This document shows, in pieces, positions 36,856 through 46,598 of a stretch of DNA of 64,000 nucleotides; positions within the stretch are counted from its first letter, which is position 1, and every line of letters starts with the position of its first letter. Source of the stretch: Oscillospiraceae bacterium (lineage in GTDB: Bacteria; Bacillota; Clostridia; Oscillospirales; Ruminococcaceae); NCBI GenBank assembly GCA_017828975.1, contig JAGAJN010000038.1, positions 18,543 to 82,542 of the forward strand, written 5' to 3'. The notes beneath the pieces are model-generated. The model worked only from the letters and a program-made list of their open reading frames with translations, was not told the DNA's origin and ran no database searches. Position numbers and translations under genes: made by a program.

Positions 36856-38220
36856 TCAGATTTTTTCGGAAAGTCTGTCGATAAGCTTTCCCAATGATGT
36901 AAAATCGGGGTTTTCGGAACTTTCGCCGTATCTTATGATGTCGTAGGCATCGGCTGTGGGGGAATACTCGGAAAAGTCGTTTTTTACCTGCTCCAGCTGA
37001 CCAATTTCGCCTGTGGTTCGGACGGGGGATATTTCTGTTCCCGTCAGCCTGAAACCGTCAAGCGCTGCTTTGAAGCCTTTTCGGTATTTTTCGGGAGATT
37101 CGGGCATTTTTTTGTAATCCTTCACAAGCCGTTTCCATTCGGAGATCTGTTTTCTTCTCGGCAGCTGCCTGAACGTTTCCGCTTCGTCTTCGGAGAGGAA
37201 TTCCTCGCTGTCGGTAAATCCACATTCCTCGTCGTTATCTTTTTTGGCAAATTTTAAGGAAACATCGGACAGAAGCTTCAGCAGCTTTCGGAAAGCGTTT
37301 TTCATGACCTTGACGGCACTTCCGAAGAATTTTATTATCAGCACTGCAATTATAATGAAGCCGACGATATAAAACAGCGCATTCCAGACTGGGTGGGGAG
37401 TTACCTCGGGGACATCTTCGAGGGGAACGTACTCAGGCAGTTTTGGAAGCTCTTCGAGAGGTTCGGCATCTCCTCCGGTGGTTTTGCTGAGCTGTCTTGC
37501 CAGCTCCATAGAAGCGGCTCCGACAATTTTTATAAGCTTGAACAGGGAGAGAAATATTGCTGAAATGCCGTCCTTGAACAGGAAAAGCAGGGCGGTAATG
37601 CTGGCAATTATCACGATAAGCCTGATGGTATAGGCACGCACCTTCGGCGGGAGATTTTGCTCGCTGTGCCGTCTGCGCTGCATCAGATAGTCAATATTTC
37701 CCTGACTTTTCCCGATAGCAAATATCAGAATTATGATGAAGTAGAAGAAAATCATCAGTTCGGGGCTGTATGGGTGCTCGGTAAGGAACAATATAAGTAT
37801 CACCAGGAGATTTCCAACTGCGGAAAATATTATGCCAAAGCCCTTCAGTATCATGGTATAATGGAAAAAATAGTATCGGCAGCCGAAAACGAACAGCATC
37901 AGACAAAGCGCCGTAAGCAGGACGACCGAGACGATACCTCTTTGCTGATTTGACGAGAAAACAAAGAACGCTCCCACCGCCGAAGCAATTGCAAACAATA
38001 CAAGCAGCAGCCGTCCCACAACGGGCTTTCTGTCCTCTAACAGACTGAATGTCATTCGGATAATATAGCCGAAAAATCCAAATCCTGCGGCAATTCCCAT
38101 ATCGGTCAGCCAGATGAACCCGCCGAGATCGTCAAAGCCGTCTATGAGCATTATCAGCGGAAAAAACAGCAAAAATGACGCCAGACAGGCAAGCAGCTTT
38201 ATGGCATCAAGAAGCTTCAT
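36856..38220 (-). CDS. polytopic membrane protein with a DUF4129-like cytoplasmic tail
   Basis: 454 aa with many TM segments. Its C-terminal part resembles tails found after MoxR-DUF58 pairs. It overlaps the DUF58 gene by 14 nt. Confidence 0.45.
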   Translation of the reverse strand: MKLLDAIKLLACLASFLLFFPLIMLIDGFDDLGGFIWLTDMGIAAGFGFFGYIIRMTFSLLEDRKPVVGRLLLVLFAIASAVGAFFVFSSNQQRGIVSVVLLTALCLMLFVFGCRYYFFHYTMILKGFGIIFSAVGNLLVILILFLTEHPYSPELMIFFYFIIILIFAIGKSQGNIDYLMQRRRHSEQNLPPKVRAYTIRLIVIIASITALLFLFKDGISAIFLSLFKLIKIVGAASMELARQLSKTTGGDAEPLEELPKLPEYVPLEDVPEVTPHPVWNALFYIVGFIIIAVLIIKFFGSAVKVMKNAFRKLLKLLSDVSLKFAKKDNDEECGFTDSEEFLSEDEAETFRQLPRRKQISEWKRLVKDYKKMPESPEKYRKGFKAALDGFRLTGTEISPVRTTGEIGQLEQVKNDFSEYSPTADAYDIIRYGESSENPDFTSLGKLIDRLSEKI

Positions 38221-39361
38221 GGTGTTCCGCCTCCTTTTCGGGGATATTCAAGCCGAAGAAATTCCGTCCGACGGAAATTGCGTTGATGTGCGAGGGAATA
38301 TACTCGGGAATTTCGCCTGTGGTCAGGATAGTGACACCCTTTTGGGATTCCGCAAAGCTTACGGTATGTTCGTCTATGTAAGGCGTGATGACGTATATTT
38401 CCGTTCCGGGGGCAGCTTTGCAGGTGCCGTTCAGAAACGCTCCGAAGCTTTCGGCGGCGTCAAATTTGAGTTCCGCAAGAAGTCTTAGGCAGGAGAGAAG
38501 CTGTTCGCCGCCTGTGGCAGTTTCGGAGATGATATTTCCCGAATTTTCCGCGATCTGTCCGTTGGAAAGAAGCGTCATAGGCACTCCGCTTTCAGAACAG
38601 GATCTCAGCAGAGAGGCGGCAACCTTTATACATATTTCAAGAGCCATAACGTCCAGAGGGTCGCCGAAATCTATTTCCGAGGACTGACAATTTAAGATGA
38701 CGGCACAGCTTTTGTTCAGCGTGTAGTCGTTATTGTATATCATCAGTTCATCGGCAGCGGCGGTAGCCTTCCAGCATATTCTTCGGAGATTGTCGCCGTC
38801 AATATACTCGTGGATACCATTATAAAAGAACGGGTCTGAAATTATCTGACGCTTGGTAAAAACATTTCCGCAGATGTAGCTGACGCTGTCCCGTGAAATG
38901 CTGTCGGCAGGCAAGGGGGCGGGCAGGACACGCACTCTTGCATTCAGCTCCACGGGCATAGATGTGTTCATCGTACCGAAAAGGTCGCTGGAAACAAGAA
39001 TGGACTTTTCAATGGTATAAACGCCCCTTTTCAGGCACTTGACCTTCCAGCTTCGGCGTATTTTGTGATAGCTTTTGAGCATAAAGATGCTGGAGATAAA
39101 CCTCGTTTCTCCCGTGACTACCGATTCAAGCTCGCCCGCTTCAAGCCATTTTGACGTGGCAAGCTCGGATTTCAGCCAGCTTACGGGCAGCAGCTTTGCA
39201 TTGCTGATCTCCTCGATAAGTTCTATTTCGTCACCCTCAAAGGCTTCATCAACGCTGAAACAGCATTTATATTCAAGGTTTGAAAAAATTTTTCTGCAGT
39301 AAACAAGGTGCTCAACAGCAAGTACGAGCACAATGATAGCAAGTATTGCAAGAAAATCCAT
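38207..39361 (-). CDS. DUF58 domain protein
   Basis: N-terminal TM segment, the RRICWKATAAADELMIYN motif (DUF58 signature RRIxWKxSAR-like), and a position directly after MoxR. Confidence 0.75.
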   Translation of the reverse strand: MDFLAILAIIVLVLAVEHLVYCRKIFSNLEYKCCFSVDEAFEGDEIELIEEISNAKLLPVSWLKSELATSKWLEAGELESVVTGETRFISSIFMLKSYHKIRRSWKVKCLKRGVYTIEKSILVSSDLFGTMNTSMPVELNARVRVLPAPLPADSISRDSVSYICGNVFTKRQIISDPFFYNGIHEYIDGDNLRRICWKATAAADELMIYNNDYTLNKSCAVILNCQSSEIDFGDPLDVMALEICIKVAASLLRSCSESGVPMTLLSNGQIAENSGNIISETATGGEQLLSCLRLLAELKFDAAESFGAFLNGTCKAAPGTEIYVITPYIDEHTVSFAESQKGVTILTTGEIPEYIPSHINAISVGRNFFGLNIPEKEAEHHEAS

Positions 39362-39381
39362 AGCTTTACCGTCTTCCTGAG

Positions 39382-40326
39382 TTATTCGATAGGTACACGA
39401 ACGCTTTCTGTTGCCTTAACTGCCAATTCCCTCTGAGCTGCAGCTGCGCCCTCTCGGAGAACTGCGGAGGTTTTCGGGATAATTCGGTGAGCGATAACGT
39501 CGGGGGCTATCCGCTTTACGTCGTCGGGTGTCACGAAATCTCTGCCGCTGACAGCAGCCTGCGCCTTTGATGCTTTGAGCAGGGCAAGCGTTCCTCTTGG
39601 GCTTACTCCCAAACGAATGGACTGATCGTTCCTTGTTTCGGTGCAGATGTCGAGTATGTATTCCTTGACGGCTTCGGAAACTCTTATTGTTCCGATATAC
39701 TTTTGAGCTTCCACAAGCTCCTCGGCAGATGCTACCGCTTCAAGGCTGTCAATGGGCGATTTTGATGCGTGCTCGTCCATAACCGAAAGCTCGTTTTCAC
39801 GGCTGGGATAGCCCATTGAAAGGCGCATTAAAAATCTGTCCAGCTGTGCTTCGGGCAGGGGGAATGTGCCTTGCGTTTCAATGGGATTTTGAGTTGCAAT
39901 TACCATAAAGGGGGCTTTCAGGGGATATATCTTTCCGTCAATGGTCGCCTGACGCTCCTCCATACATTCCAGCAGACCGGACTGTGTACGGGGAGTTGCT
40001 CTGTTTATTTCGTCCGCAAGCAGTATATTTGTAAACACTGCGCCGGGACGGAATCTGAACTCATTTTCTCTGCGGTCGTAGATATTCAGTCCCGTAACAT
40101 CGGAGGGGAGCAGGTCGGGGGTGAACTGCACACGCTTGAAATCGCAGCTTACCGACTTTGCCAGTGCCTTTGCTGCGGTGGTCTTGCCCGTTCCCGGAAT
40201 ATCCTCCAGCAGGACGTGTCCCGAACAGAGTGCGGCGATTATGATCTTTTCTATAACATCGTCCTTGCCTATAATGACCTTTCCGATGTTTGCTTTCAGC
40301 TTGTCCGACAATGATTTTATATCCAT
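39382..40326 (-). CDS. MoxR family AAA+ ATPase
   Basis: Walker A GTGKTT and Walker B / sensor LLADEINRATPRTQSGLLECMEE. 314 aa. Confidence 0.92.
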   Translation of the reverse strand: MDIKSLSDKLKANIGKVIIGKDDVIEKIIIAALCSGHVLLEDIPGTGKTTAAKALAKSVSCDFKRVQFTPDLLPSDVTGLNIYDRRENEFRFRPGAVFTNILLADEINRATPRTQSGLLECMEERQATIDGKIYPLKAPFMVIATQNPIETQGTFPLPEAQLDRFLMRLSMGYPSRENELSVMDEHASKSPIDSLEAVASAEELVEAQKYIGTIRVSEAVKEYILDICTETRNDQSIRLGVSPRGTLALLKASKAQAAVSGRDFVTPDDVKRIAPDVIAHRIIPKTSAVLREGAAAAQRELAVKATESVRVPIE

Positions 40327-40439
40327 ATAAGCCTTCCTTTCAAGATATTAGTAAAAATATACAGCTTATCTTACATTATACTATATTTTTCTGGATATTA
40401 CAAGTATTATCGGCAGATTATTTTTGTTTATCAAACCTA

Positions 40440-40468
40440 TTGATAATATTTGAAAGCTGTGGTATCAT
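40440..40468 (+). promoter_or_regulatory. candidate sigma-A promoter for the solute-binding protein gene
   Basis: TTGATA at 40440-40445, 17-nt spacer, TGgTATCAT ending at 40468. Confidence 0.5.
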
Positions 40469-40506
40469 ATATAAAGAAGAAAAATTGATAATTCGGGTGA
40501 ATTATT

Positions 40507-42126
40507 ATGATAAAGCTTATTAAACGGATAATATGCCTTGCGGTCGTTATAATAATGAGTATGTCGCTTTTCGGCTGCGGTGAGGACGACGGTTCGGGGT
40601 ATATTTTCAGATACGACATTACGGGAAATCCCGCAAATCTTGACCCTCAGCTGGCTTCGGACAGCTCCTCACGTCTGGTCCTTGCGAATATCTGCGAGGG
40701 ACTTCTTAAAGCGGGTGACGGCGGAAAGATAGAAAACGGTGTTATCAACGGCTACACGCTTTCCGATGACGGACTTGTGTACACCTTTGACCTGAAAAGG
40801 GACGTTTACTGGACAGGTGAAGGTGGCTATGAGGCGAATATGACCTCGGCGGATTTTATCTTTGCATTTTACAGAATATTTGACCCCGACACTAAATCTC
40901 CATATGCCGACGACTTTTCCTGTATCAAAAACGGTTCTGCGGTAAACAGAGGACTTGCTCCCGCCGACAGTCTGGGCGTTTCCGCTCCCGACAAATACAC
41001 GCTGACCATTACGCTTGAAAAGCCTAACGCAAACTTTCTCTACCTGCTTACAACTACCGCAGCAATGCCCTGCAACGAGTATTTTTTCAAAAGCACCATG
41101 GGCAAATACGGACTTTCGGCGGAAACGACCTTTTCAAACGGCAGCTTCTTTCTTAAAGAATGGAACTACGACCCCTATTGGAACAATAACTACATTATCC
41201 TGCGGCGGAATAAGCTCAATTCCGAAAGGGACTATGTATATCCGTACAGTATCAATTTCTTTATAAAGTCGGATACTTCCGAATTTGAAAGCGATTATCT
41301 TGCCGGTGAAACGGATATTATCAAGTCAAACGGCAAAAATCAAAAGCTGTTTAAGAACGGTAAATTTATTGAAACTCAGATCTCGTCGGCAGGACTGCTG
41401 ATAAATACGGAAAATGAAGTGCTTGCAAATAAAAATATCCGTAAGGCACTCGCTGAGTCTATTGACCGAGATTCGCTGCCCGAATATTCAAACCTGACAC
41501 CCGCCTTTGGAATAGTTCCTCCGCAGGTGTCGCTGCTGAACAAAAGCTACCGTGAATTGGCGTCCGAGCGTTCTTTGGGTGAATTCAATGCAAAATATGC
41601 CCTGACCGACCTTTACAACGGTTATAATGAGCTGGACATTGCTTCCGCTGACGGTATTGCCATAATGGTTTCCGAGGACTTCTATAACCCCGAGGCGCTT
41701 CGGGATATTACCGCACAGTGGAGCGAAAAGCTGCAGCTTATGTGCGGTGTGGAGATAGTTTCCGCTAACGAATACAATACAAGGCTTGAAACTAAGGATT
41801 ATGAGATAGCCGTTATGGAAGCCGTCTGCGAATTCAACAGTCCCGCTGCTGTCCTTGACGGATTTTCTGCATCTGACGGTGACAGTATCTGCGGCTTTGC
41901 AGACTCTCAGCTGGATATTGCCCTGAACCGCTTCAAGAATTCCGCAAGTCTGTCCGACAGCGTTTCCGCTCTTACCGAGGCAGAAAAAGCAATTATTGCC
42001 GAGCATATTTATGTTCCGCTTTATTATCCGAAGAACTATCTGATTTTCAGCGATAAGGCTGACGGGATAGCATATAATCCTTTCTCCGATCAGATATATT
42101 TTGAGAAAGCAAAATATTTTGAATAG
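40507..42126 (+). CDS. ABC transporter substrate-binding lipoprotein, family 5 (peptide/nickel type), orphan
   Basis: Lipobox LFGCGE and a 539-aa SBP_bac_5-like sequence. No permease or ATPase gene is adjacent. Confidence 0.8.
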   Translation: MIKLIKRIICLAVVIIMSMSLFGCGEDDGSGYIFRYDITGNPANLDPQLASDSSSRLVLANICEGLLKAGDGGKIENGVINGYTLSDDGLVYTFDLKRDVYWTGEGGYEANMTSADFIFAFYRIFDPDTKSPYADDFSCIKNGSAVNRGLAPADSLGVSAPDKYTLTITLEKPNANFLYLLTTTAAMPCNEYFFKSTMGKYGLSAETTFSNGSFFLKEWNYDPYWNNNYIILRRNKLNSERDYVYPYSINFFIKSDTSEFESDYLAGETDIIKSNGKNQKLFKNGKFIETQISSAGLLINTENEVLANKNIRKALAESIDRDSLPEYSNLTPAFGIVPPQVSLLNKSYRELASERSLGEFNAKYALTDLYNGYNELDIASADGIAIMVSEDFYNPEALRDITAQWSEKLQLMCGVEIVSANEYNTRLETKDYEIAVMEAVCEFNSPAAVLDGFSASDGDSICGFADSQLDIALNRFKNSASLSDSVSALTEAEKAIIAEHIYVPLYYPKNYLIFSDKADGIAYNPFSDQIYFEKAKYFE

Positions 42127-42136
42127 TATGGTATTT

Positions 42137-42168
42137 TACCCGTCACTTAAACTGTGGCGGGTATTTTT
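42137..42168 (+). terminator. rho-independent terminator
   Basis: TACCCGTCAC pairs with GTGGCGGGTA (one G-U pair), followed by TTTTT. Confidence 0.7.
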
Positions 42169-42181
42169 ATGCTCTCTGAAA

Positions 42182-42214
42182 GTGACATTTTTTTCCTTTT
42201 GAATGATGTATAAT
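42182..42214 (+). promoter_or_regulatory. candidate spoIIGA promoter with an over-long spacer
   Basis: GTGACA at 42182-42187 and TATAAT at 42209-42214, separated by 21 nt. Confidence 0.3.
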
Positions 42215-42237
42215 AGTAACTGTACGGGGGGAAGAAA

Positions 42238-43071
42238 ATGAAAATTTACGCCGATATTCTTATAATAACCAACATTTATATGAACTATTTTATGCTAAAG
42301 GCAGTTGCGGTGCTTACGCATACTCCGATGAAAAACGGCAGGTGCATATTATCTGCTGTTTTCGGCGGGATGACTGCGCTGACTATCCTTATTCCCGAGA
42401 TGAATTTTGTCTGTATGACACTCATCAAGCTGTTGGGGGCGGCGGCAATTGTCGCTTTGGCGTTCGGTATCGGGGACAGGCGGCTGTTTCTTCGGCTGGC
42501 GGCGGTTTTCTGGCTGGTAAGTATGATTTTTTCGGGGACTGCCTATCTGTTTACGGAAATTTTCCGTCCGAAATATGCCTTCATTTGCAACGGAGTGGTC
42601 TATCTGGATATGTCTGTACTGACACTTGTGACGGCTACCATTACGGCGTACATGCTCATTTCATTGTTCAGATTTTTTATGGATAAAAGAGTGTGTGAAC
42701 CGAAGCACTTTCATGTAGTCATCTGCGGAAACGGAAATACTGCCGAAATTGAAGGTCTGTGCGATACGGGAAATTATCTTACCGACGCATTTACGGGAAA
42801 GCCTGTTATCGTCTGCGGCAAAAAATCGGCAGAGCAGGTCATTCCGCAAGCTGTGAGAGATTATTTCAGCGGCAGCGTTGAACACGTTAAGGGCGTAAGG
42901 CTGATACCATTCCGGACGGTGGGAGCAAGCGGTCTGATACCTGCTTTTGTGCCCGATGCGGTTTACATAAAGGAAACGGATGGCGGAAAAATAAGGGCGG
43001 TGGAAGCACTTATCGGTATTTCCGAAACGGGTGTTGATGCTGCAGTAGTCAATCCCGACATATTTTTTTGA
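42238..43071 (+). CDS. spoIIGA: sigma-E processing peptidase SpoIIGA
   Basis: Polytopic N-terminal half plus the aspartic protease motif CDTGN. It lies directly upstream of sigE. Confidence 0.9.
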   Translation: MKIYADILIITNIYMNYFMLKAVAVLTHTPMKNGRCILSAVFGGMTALTILIPEMNFVCMTLIKLLGAAAIVALAFGIGDRRLFLRLAAVFWLVSMIFSGTAYLFTEIFRPKYAFICNGVVYLDMSVLTLVTATITAYMLISLFRFFMDKRVCEPKHFHVVICGNGNTAEIEGLCDTGNYLTDAFTGKPVIVCGKKSAEQVIPQAVRDYFSGSVEHVKGVRLIPFRTVGASGLIPAFVPDAVYIKETDGGKIRAVEALIGISETGVDAAVVNPDIFF

Positions 43072-43085
43072 AAGGAAGCTTTACA

Positions 43086-43817
43086 ATGGATTTGCTGAAC
43101 AGGATCGCAGTTTTTATCGCAAAACTCAGGGACAGGATTTTTTTCGGCAGGGAACGAAACGATATTTTTTACATAAACGGCTCGGATATGCTGCCGCCTC
43201 CGCTTTCAAAGGAGGAAGAAGCAAAAGCCTTTGAGGAGCTGGAAACCAACGGCGAAGCGGCAAGAGCAAAGCTTATCGAGCACAATCTGCGGCTTGTGGT
43301 ATATATAGCCAAAAAGTTTGAATCTACGGGAATCGGCATCGAAGACCTTATCTCTATCGGGACGGTGGGGCTTATCAAGGCTGTGCGGACATTTTCACCC
43401 GACAAGAGCATTAAGCTGGCTACCTATGCTTCACGCTGCATTGAAAATGAGATACTTATGTTTCTCAGAAAATCCTCTCAATATAAAAATGAGCTGTCCA
43501 TTGACGAACCGCTTAACATTGACTGGGACGGAAATGAACTGCTGCTTTCGGATATTCTCGGTACGGACGAGGATACGGTAAACAGGGGGATAGAAGCCGA
43601 AGCGGAAAAAAGTCTGCTGCTCTCGGCGGTCGACAGACTTCCGTCAAGAGAACGGGAGATAATGCAGATGCGTTTCGGTCTCATTGACGGCAAGGAGAAA
43701 ACGCAGAAGGAGGTTGCCGATATTATCGGAATTTCGCAATCCTACATATCACGTCTGGAAAAACGTATTATCAAAAAGCTGAAAAAGGACCTTGATGCTT
43801 CTCTGAATTCCCAATAA
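43086..43817 (+). CDS. sigE: sporulation sigma factor E (pro-sigma-E)
   Basis: Pro-sequence followed by [17 protein letters not shown], then sigma-70 regions 2-4. An alternative TTG start at 43068 overlaps spoIIGA. Confidence 0.92.
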   Translation: MDLLNRIAVFIAKLRDRIFFGRERNDIFYINGSDMLPPPLSKEEEAKAFEELETNGEAARAKLIEHNLRLVVYIAKKFESTGIGIEDLISIGTVGLIKAVRTFSPDKSIKLATYASRCIENEILMFLRKSSQYKNELSIDEPLNIDWDGNELLLSDILGTDEDTVNRGIEAEAEKSLLLSAVDRLPSREREIMQMRFGLIDGKEKTQKEVADIIGISQSYISRLEKRIIKKLKKDLDASLNSQ

Positions 43818-43911
43818 ATAACATTAAAATATCTGAATATAGAAAACTGCTTCTGACAATAATTTCAACAGGACAGCTTGACGTTGTCCGTAAAACAAGG
43901 AGCAGTTTTTT

Positions 43912-44682
43912 ATGTATTATAATAAGGTCGATATAAGCGGCGTGAACACCTCAAAGCTTACGGTGCTCAAAGAAAGCGAAAAAATGGAGCTTTTAAAGCA
44001 ATACAAAGCAGGGGACAAGTCCGCAAGGGATAAGCTTATCAACGGAAATCTGCGGCTGGTGCTTAGCGTTATTCAGAGGTTTATCGGAAGGGGTGAAAAT
44101 CCGGATGATCTGTTTCAGGTAGGCTGCATCGGGCTGATGAAGGCAATTGACAATTTCAACACGGACCTTGATGTGCGGTTTTCGACCTATGCCGTCCCGA
44201 TGATAAGCGGAGAGCTGCGGCGTTTTCTCAGGGACAACACACCTATAAGAGTGAGCCGTTCACTCAGAGATACAGCATACAAGGCAATGCAGGCTAAGGA
44301 AGCGTTGACCAACAAGAACCAGCGTGAACCGACGATCGATGAAATAGCCGAAGAGATCGGTTGTCCCCGTTCCGATGTGGTCATTGCTCTGGAAAGCATA
44401 TCCGATCCCATTTCTCTGTATGAGCCTGTCTATTCCGATGCGGGAGATACGCTTTATGTTCTTGACCAGCTTGGCGACAAGAACAGCGACAGCAACTGGC
44501 TCGACGAAATTTCCCTGAAGCAAGCCATCAACAAGCTTGGTGAACGTGAAAAAAAGATACTCTACCTTCGCTTTTTTATCGGAAAAACTCAGGTAGAGGT
44601 GGCAAATGAGATAGGTATTTCTCAGGCGCAGGTATCCCGATTGGAAAAATGCACGCTGGAAAAGATCAAAAGTCAGATATAA
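43912..44682 (+). CDS. sigG: sporulation sigma factor G
   Basis: SigF/G-type sigma (GNLRLVLSVIQRF, ISQAQVSRLEK) in the conserved position after sigE. Confidence 0.88.
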   Translation: MYYNKVDISGVNTSKLTVLKESEKMELLKQYKAGDKSARDKLINGNLRLVLSVIQRFIGRGENPDDLFQVGCIGLMKAIDNFNTDLDVRFSTYAVPMISGELRRFLRDNTPIRVSRSLRDTAYKAMQAKEALTNKNQREPTIDEIAEEIGCPRSDVVIALESISDPISLYEPVYSDAGDTLYVLDQLGDKNSDSNWLDEISLKQAINKLGEREKKILYLRFFIGKTQVEVANEIGISQAQVSRLEKCTLEKIKSQI

Positions 44683-44687
44683 AAAAT

Positions 44688-44722
44688 AAAAGGCTTCCGG
44701 AATCATCTTCCGAAAGCCTTTT
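44688..44722. terminator. bidirectional terminator between sigG and rpmB
   Basis: AAAAGGCTTCCGGAA pairs with TTCCGAAAGCCTTTT (one mismatch). The arms carry A- and T-runs. Confidence 0.65.
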
Positions 44723-44746
44723 ATATAGTGTAAGCTTCTTTTCGTA

Positions 44747-44935
44747 TCAGACTGCGCGTGTTACCTTGTTGGAACGCAGACATCTGGAGCACACGTAGAT
44801 GTGCTTGGGAGTGCCGTCAACGATAGCCTTTACACGCTTTACGTTGGGCTTCCAAGTTCTGTTGGAACGATGATGCGAGTGAGATACCTTGATACCGAAA
44901 GTTACACCCTTTCCGCAAATATCACATTTTGCCAT
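44747..44935 (-). CDS. rpmB: 50S ribosomal protein L28
   Basis: MAKCDICGKGVTFGIKVSHSHHRSNRTWKPNVKRV... after AAAGGAGGTG. Confidence 0.95.
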   Translation of the reverse strand: MAKCDICGKGVTFGIKVSHSHHRSNRTWKPNVKRVKAIVDGTPKHIYVCSRCLRSNKVTRAV

Positions 44936-44974
44936 GGGGTCGCACCTCCTTTTACATTTACAAATCACTTTACT

Positions 44975-45003
44975 ATTCTATCATATATTTTCGACAAATG
45001 CAA
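44975..45003 (-). promoter_or_regulatory. sigma-A promoter for rpmB
   Basis: On the minus strand: TTGCAT (45003-44998), 17-nt spacer, TGaTAGAAT (-10 at 44980-44975). Confidence 0.6.
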
Positions 45004-45061
45004 GTCTTTTTTGAAAAAAAATAAAAAATTGCAAAAATGACAAAATATCTGAATTTTTCTA

Positions 45062-45090
45062 TTGAAATCTAGTGTATTTTATAGTATAAT
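45062..45090 (+). promoter_or_regulatory. sigma-A promoter for the M50 peptidase-scpAB operon
   Basis: TTGAAA at 45062-45067, 17-nt spacer, TATAAT at 45085-45090. Confidence 0.6.
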
Positions 45091-45154
45091 AGAAAATGTA
45101 TATCGCAAAAGTTCCCGTTTTTGGAACTAAATCCATCTGTGAGAGGATAATTTT

Positions 45155-45811
45155 ATGATCGATGCAAGGTCCGAGCTTATCGGAATACTGATAAATGCGT
45201 TTATTTTGTTCACCTGCTTTCCCGTGCACGAATTTGCCCATGCAGCGGTGGCAAAGCTTCTGGGAGATGACACTGCCGAACGTGAGGGACGGCTTACCCT
45301 TAATCCAATAGTCCACCTTGACATATGGGGTACTATTGCCATGCTGGTCATGGGCTTCGGCTGGACAAATCCCGCACCTGTCAACTCAAGCAATTTCAAG
45401 AACCGCAAGGTGGGAAATCTGCTTACTGCGCTTGCAGGACCTGCGGCGAATCTGATATTGTCGTACATATTTATGATACTGTACAGAATAATGAAATATA
45501 TGAGCGGAGTTTCCGATAATACAGGATACGGATATTTTGCAACGATTTTCGTTACGGCTGTTACGGCAAACATCGGGCTGGCGCTTTTTAATCTCTTGCC
45601 TATTCCTCCGCTGGACGGCGCACGGCTTATCTCCGCCCGTACATATTACAAATTCAGTCAGAAGGAAAACGTTATTGCGGTCGTGCTGATACTCTTGTGG
45701 ATCTCCGGAATACTTACAATTCCTGTTATGATTTTTGAGAGTGCTGCTATCAGCCTAATGACAGTTCTTTCCGATTGGGTCGAGCCTGTTATGGCGTCGC
45801 TTATACATTGA
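45155..45811 (+). CDS. site-2 protease family (M50) membrane metallopeptidase
   Basis: HEFAHA zinc motif in a TM segment, plus LLPIPPLDG. Confidence 0.85.
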   Translation: MIDARSELIGILINAFILFTCFPVHEFAHAAVAKLLGDDTAEREGRLTLNPIVHLDIWGTIAMLVMGFGWTNPAPVNSSNFKNRKVGNLLTALAGPAANLILSYIFMILYRIMKYMSGVSDNTGYGYFATIFVTAVTANIGLALFNLLPIPPLDGARLISARTYYKFSQKENVIAVVLILLWISGILTIPVMIFESAAISLMTVLSDWVEPVMASLIH

Positions 45812-45827
45812 TTTGGAGATGATTTGA

Positions 45828-46580
45828 ATAGAACAGATTACATATAAGCTTCCCGTTTTTGAAGGGCCACTCGATCTGCTGCTTCATCTTATCGCCAAGC
45901 ATAAGCTGAATATAAATGATATTCCCATTACCGAGCTGTTGGAGCAATATCTCGATTATATCAACAAAATGGCTGTTACGGATATGGAGATTGCAGGCGA
46001 GTTCCTTGAAATGGCGGCTAAGCTTATCTACATTAAGACGGTTTCTCTGCTGCCGAAGCACAAGGAAGCCGAGGAGATGAAAAAAGAGCTGGAGGGAAGG
46101 CTTATTGAGCTGTCCCTCTGCAAAAAGACCGCAGAGCTTATGCGGCAAAGATATATCGGTGATGCCGTTACCGTCAGGAAGCCTATGAAGCTGGAGATAG
46201 ACTGCACCTATCGGATCGTTCATAATGCGGAGGAGCTTGTGGACGCATACATCGGAATGTCGATAAAGCGCGAAGAGGACAAGCCTGTATCTCCCAACGC
46301 ATTTACAAAGATAGTTTCCAAAAAGGTAGTTTCGGTCACATCTCAGATAATACATATTTTAAAGAAGCTTTACGAATTTGGCAGCTGTGAAATGGCGGGG
46401 CTTTTTGATGCAATGACCGACCGTTCGGAGCGGGTCGCGGCGTTTCTTGCCGTTCTGGAGCTTACAAAATCGGGACGAATACTGTTAAATGAAGATAACT
46501 CAATGATCACGTTTAACAAGGAAAATTACCGTGAGGATGCTATGGGAGATATTGAAAATATGGAGATCACGTCTGAGTGA
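45828..46580 (+). CDS. scpA: segregation and condensation protein A (start codon unresolved)
   Basis: The conserved ScpA N-terminus KLPVFEGPLDLLLHLIAKHKLNINDIPITELLEQYL is in frame from 45828. The first canonical start (TTG) is only at 45939. ATA at 45828 lies 9 nt after GGAG. Confidence 0.8.
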   Translation: MEQITYKLPVFEGPLDLLLHLIAKHKLNINDIPITELLEQYLDYINKMAVTDMEIAGEFLEMAAKLIYIKTVSLLPKHKEAEEMKKELEGRLIELSLCKKTAELMRQRYIGDAVTVRKPMKLEIDCTYRIVHNAEELVDAYIGMSIKREEDKPVSPNAFTKIVSKKVVSVTSQIIHILKKLYEFGSCEMAGLFDAMTDRSERVAAFLAVLELTKSGRILLNEDNSMITFNKENYREDAMGDIENMEITSE

Positions 46581-46598
46581 TTGGGAGGAAACTGCAAA

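Noticed and set aside
43818-43911. Forespore (sigma-F/G) promoter upstream of sigG (GAATA...CAATAAT)
   Set aside because: The -35-like GAATA fits GHATR, but the -10 does not align convincingly with either the sigma-F or the sigma-G consensus, so no feature is called.
45825-45827. Genome-wide TGA reassignment (code 4/25) as an explanation for the in-frame TGA before scpA
   Set aside because: TGA terminates many well-supported genes in this window at the expected length, for example the M50 peptidase, rpe, and the RnfE-like gene with its ATGA overlap.
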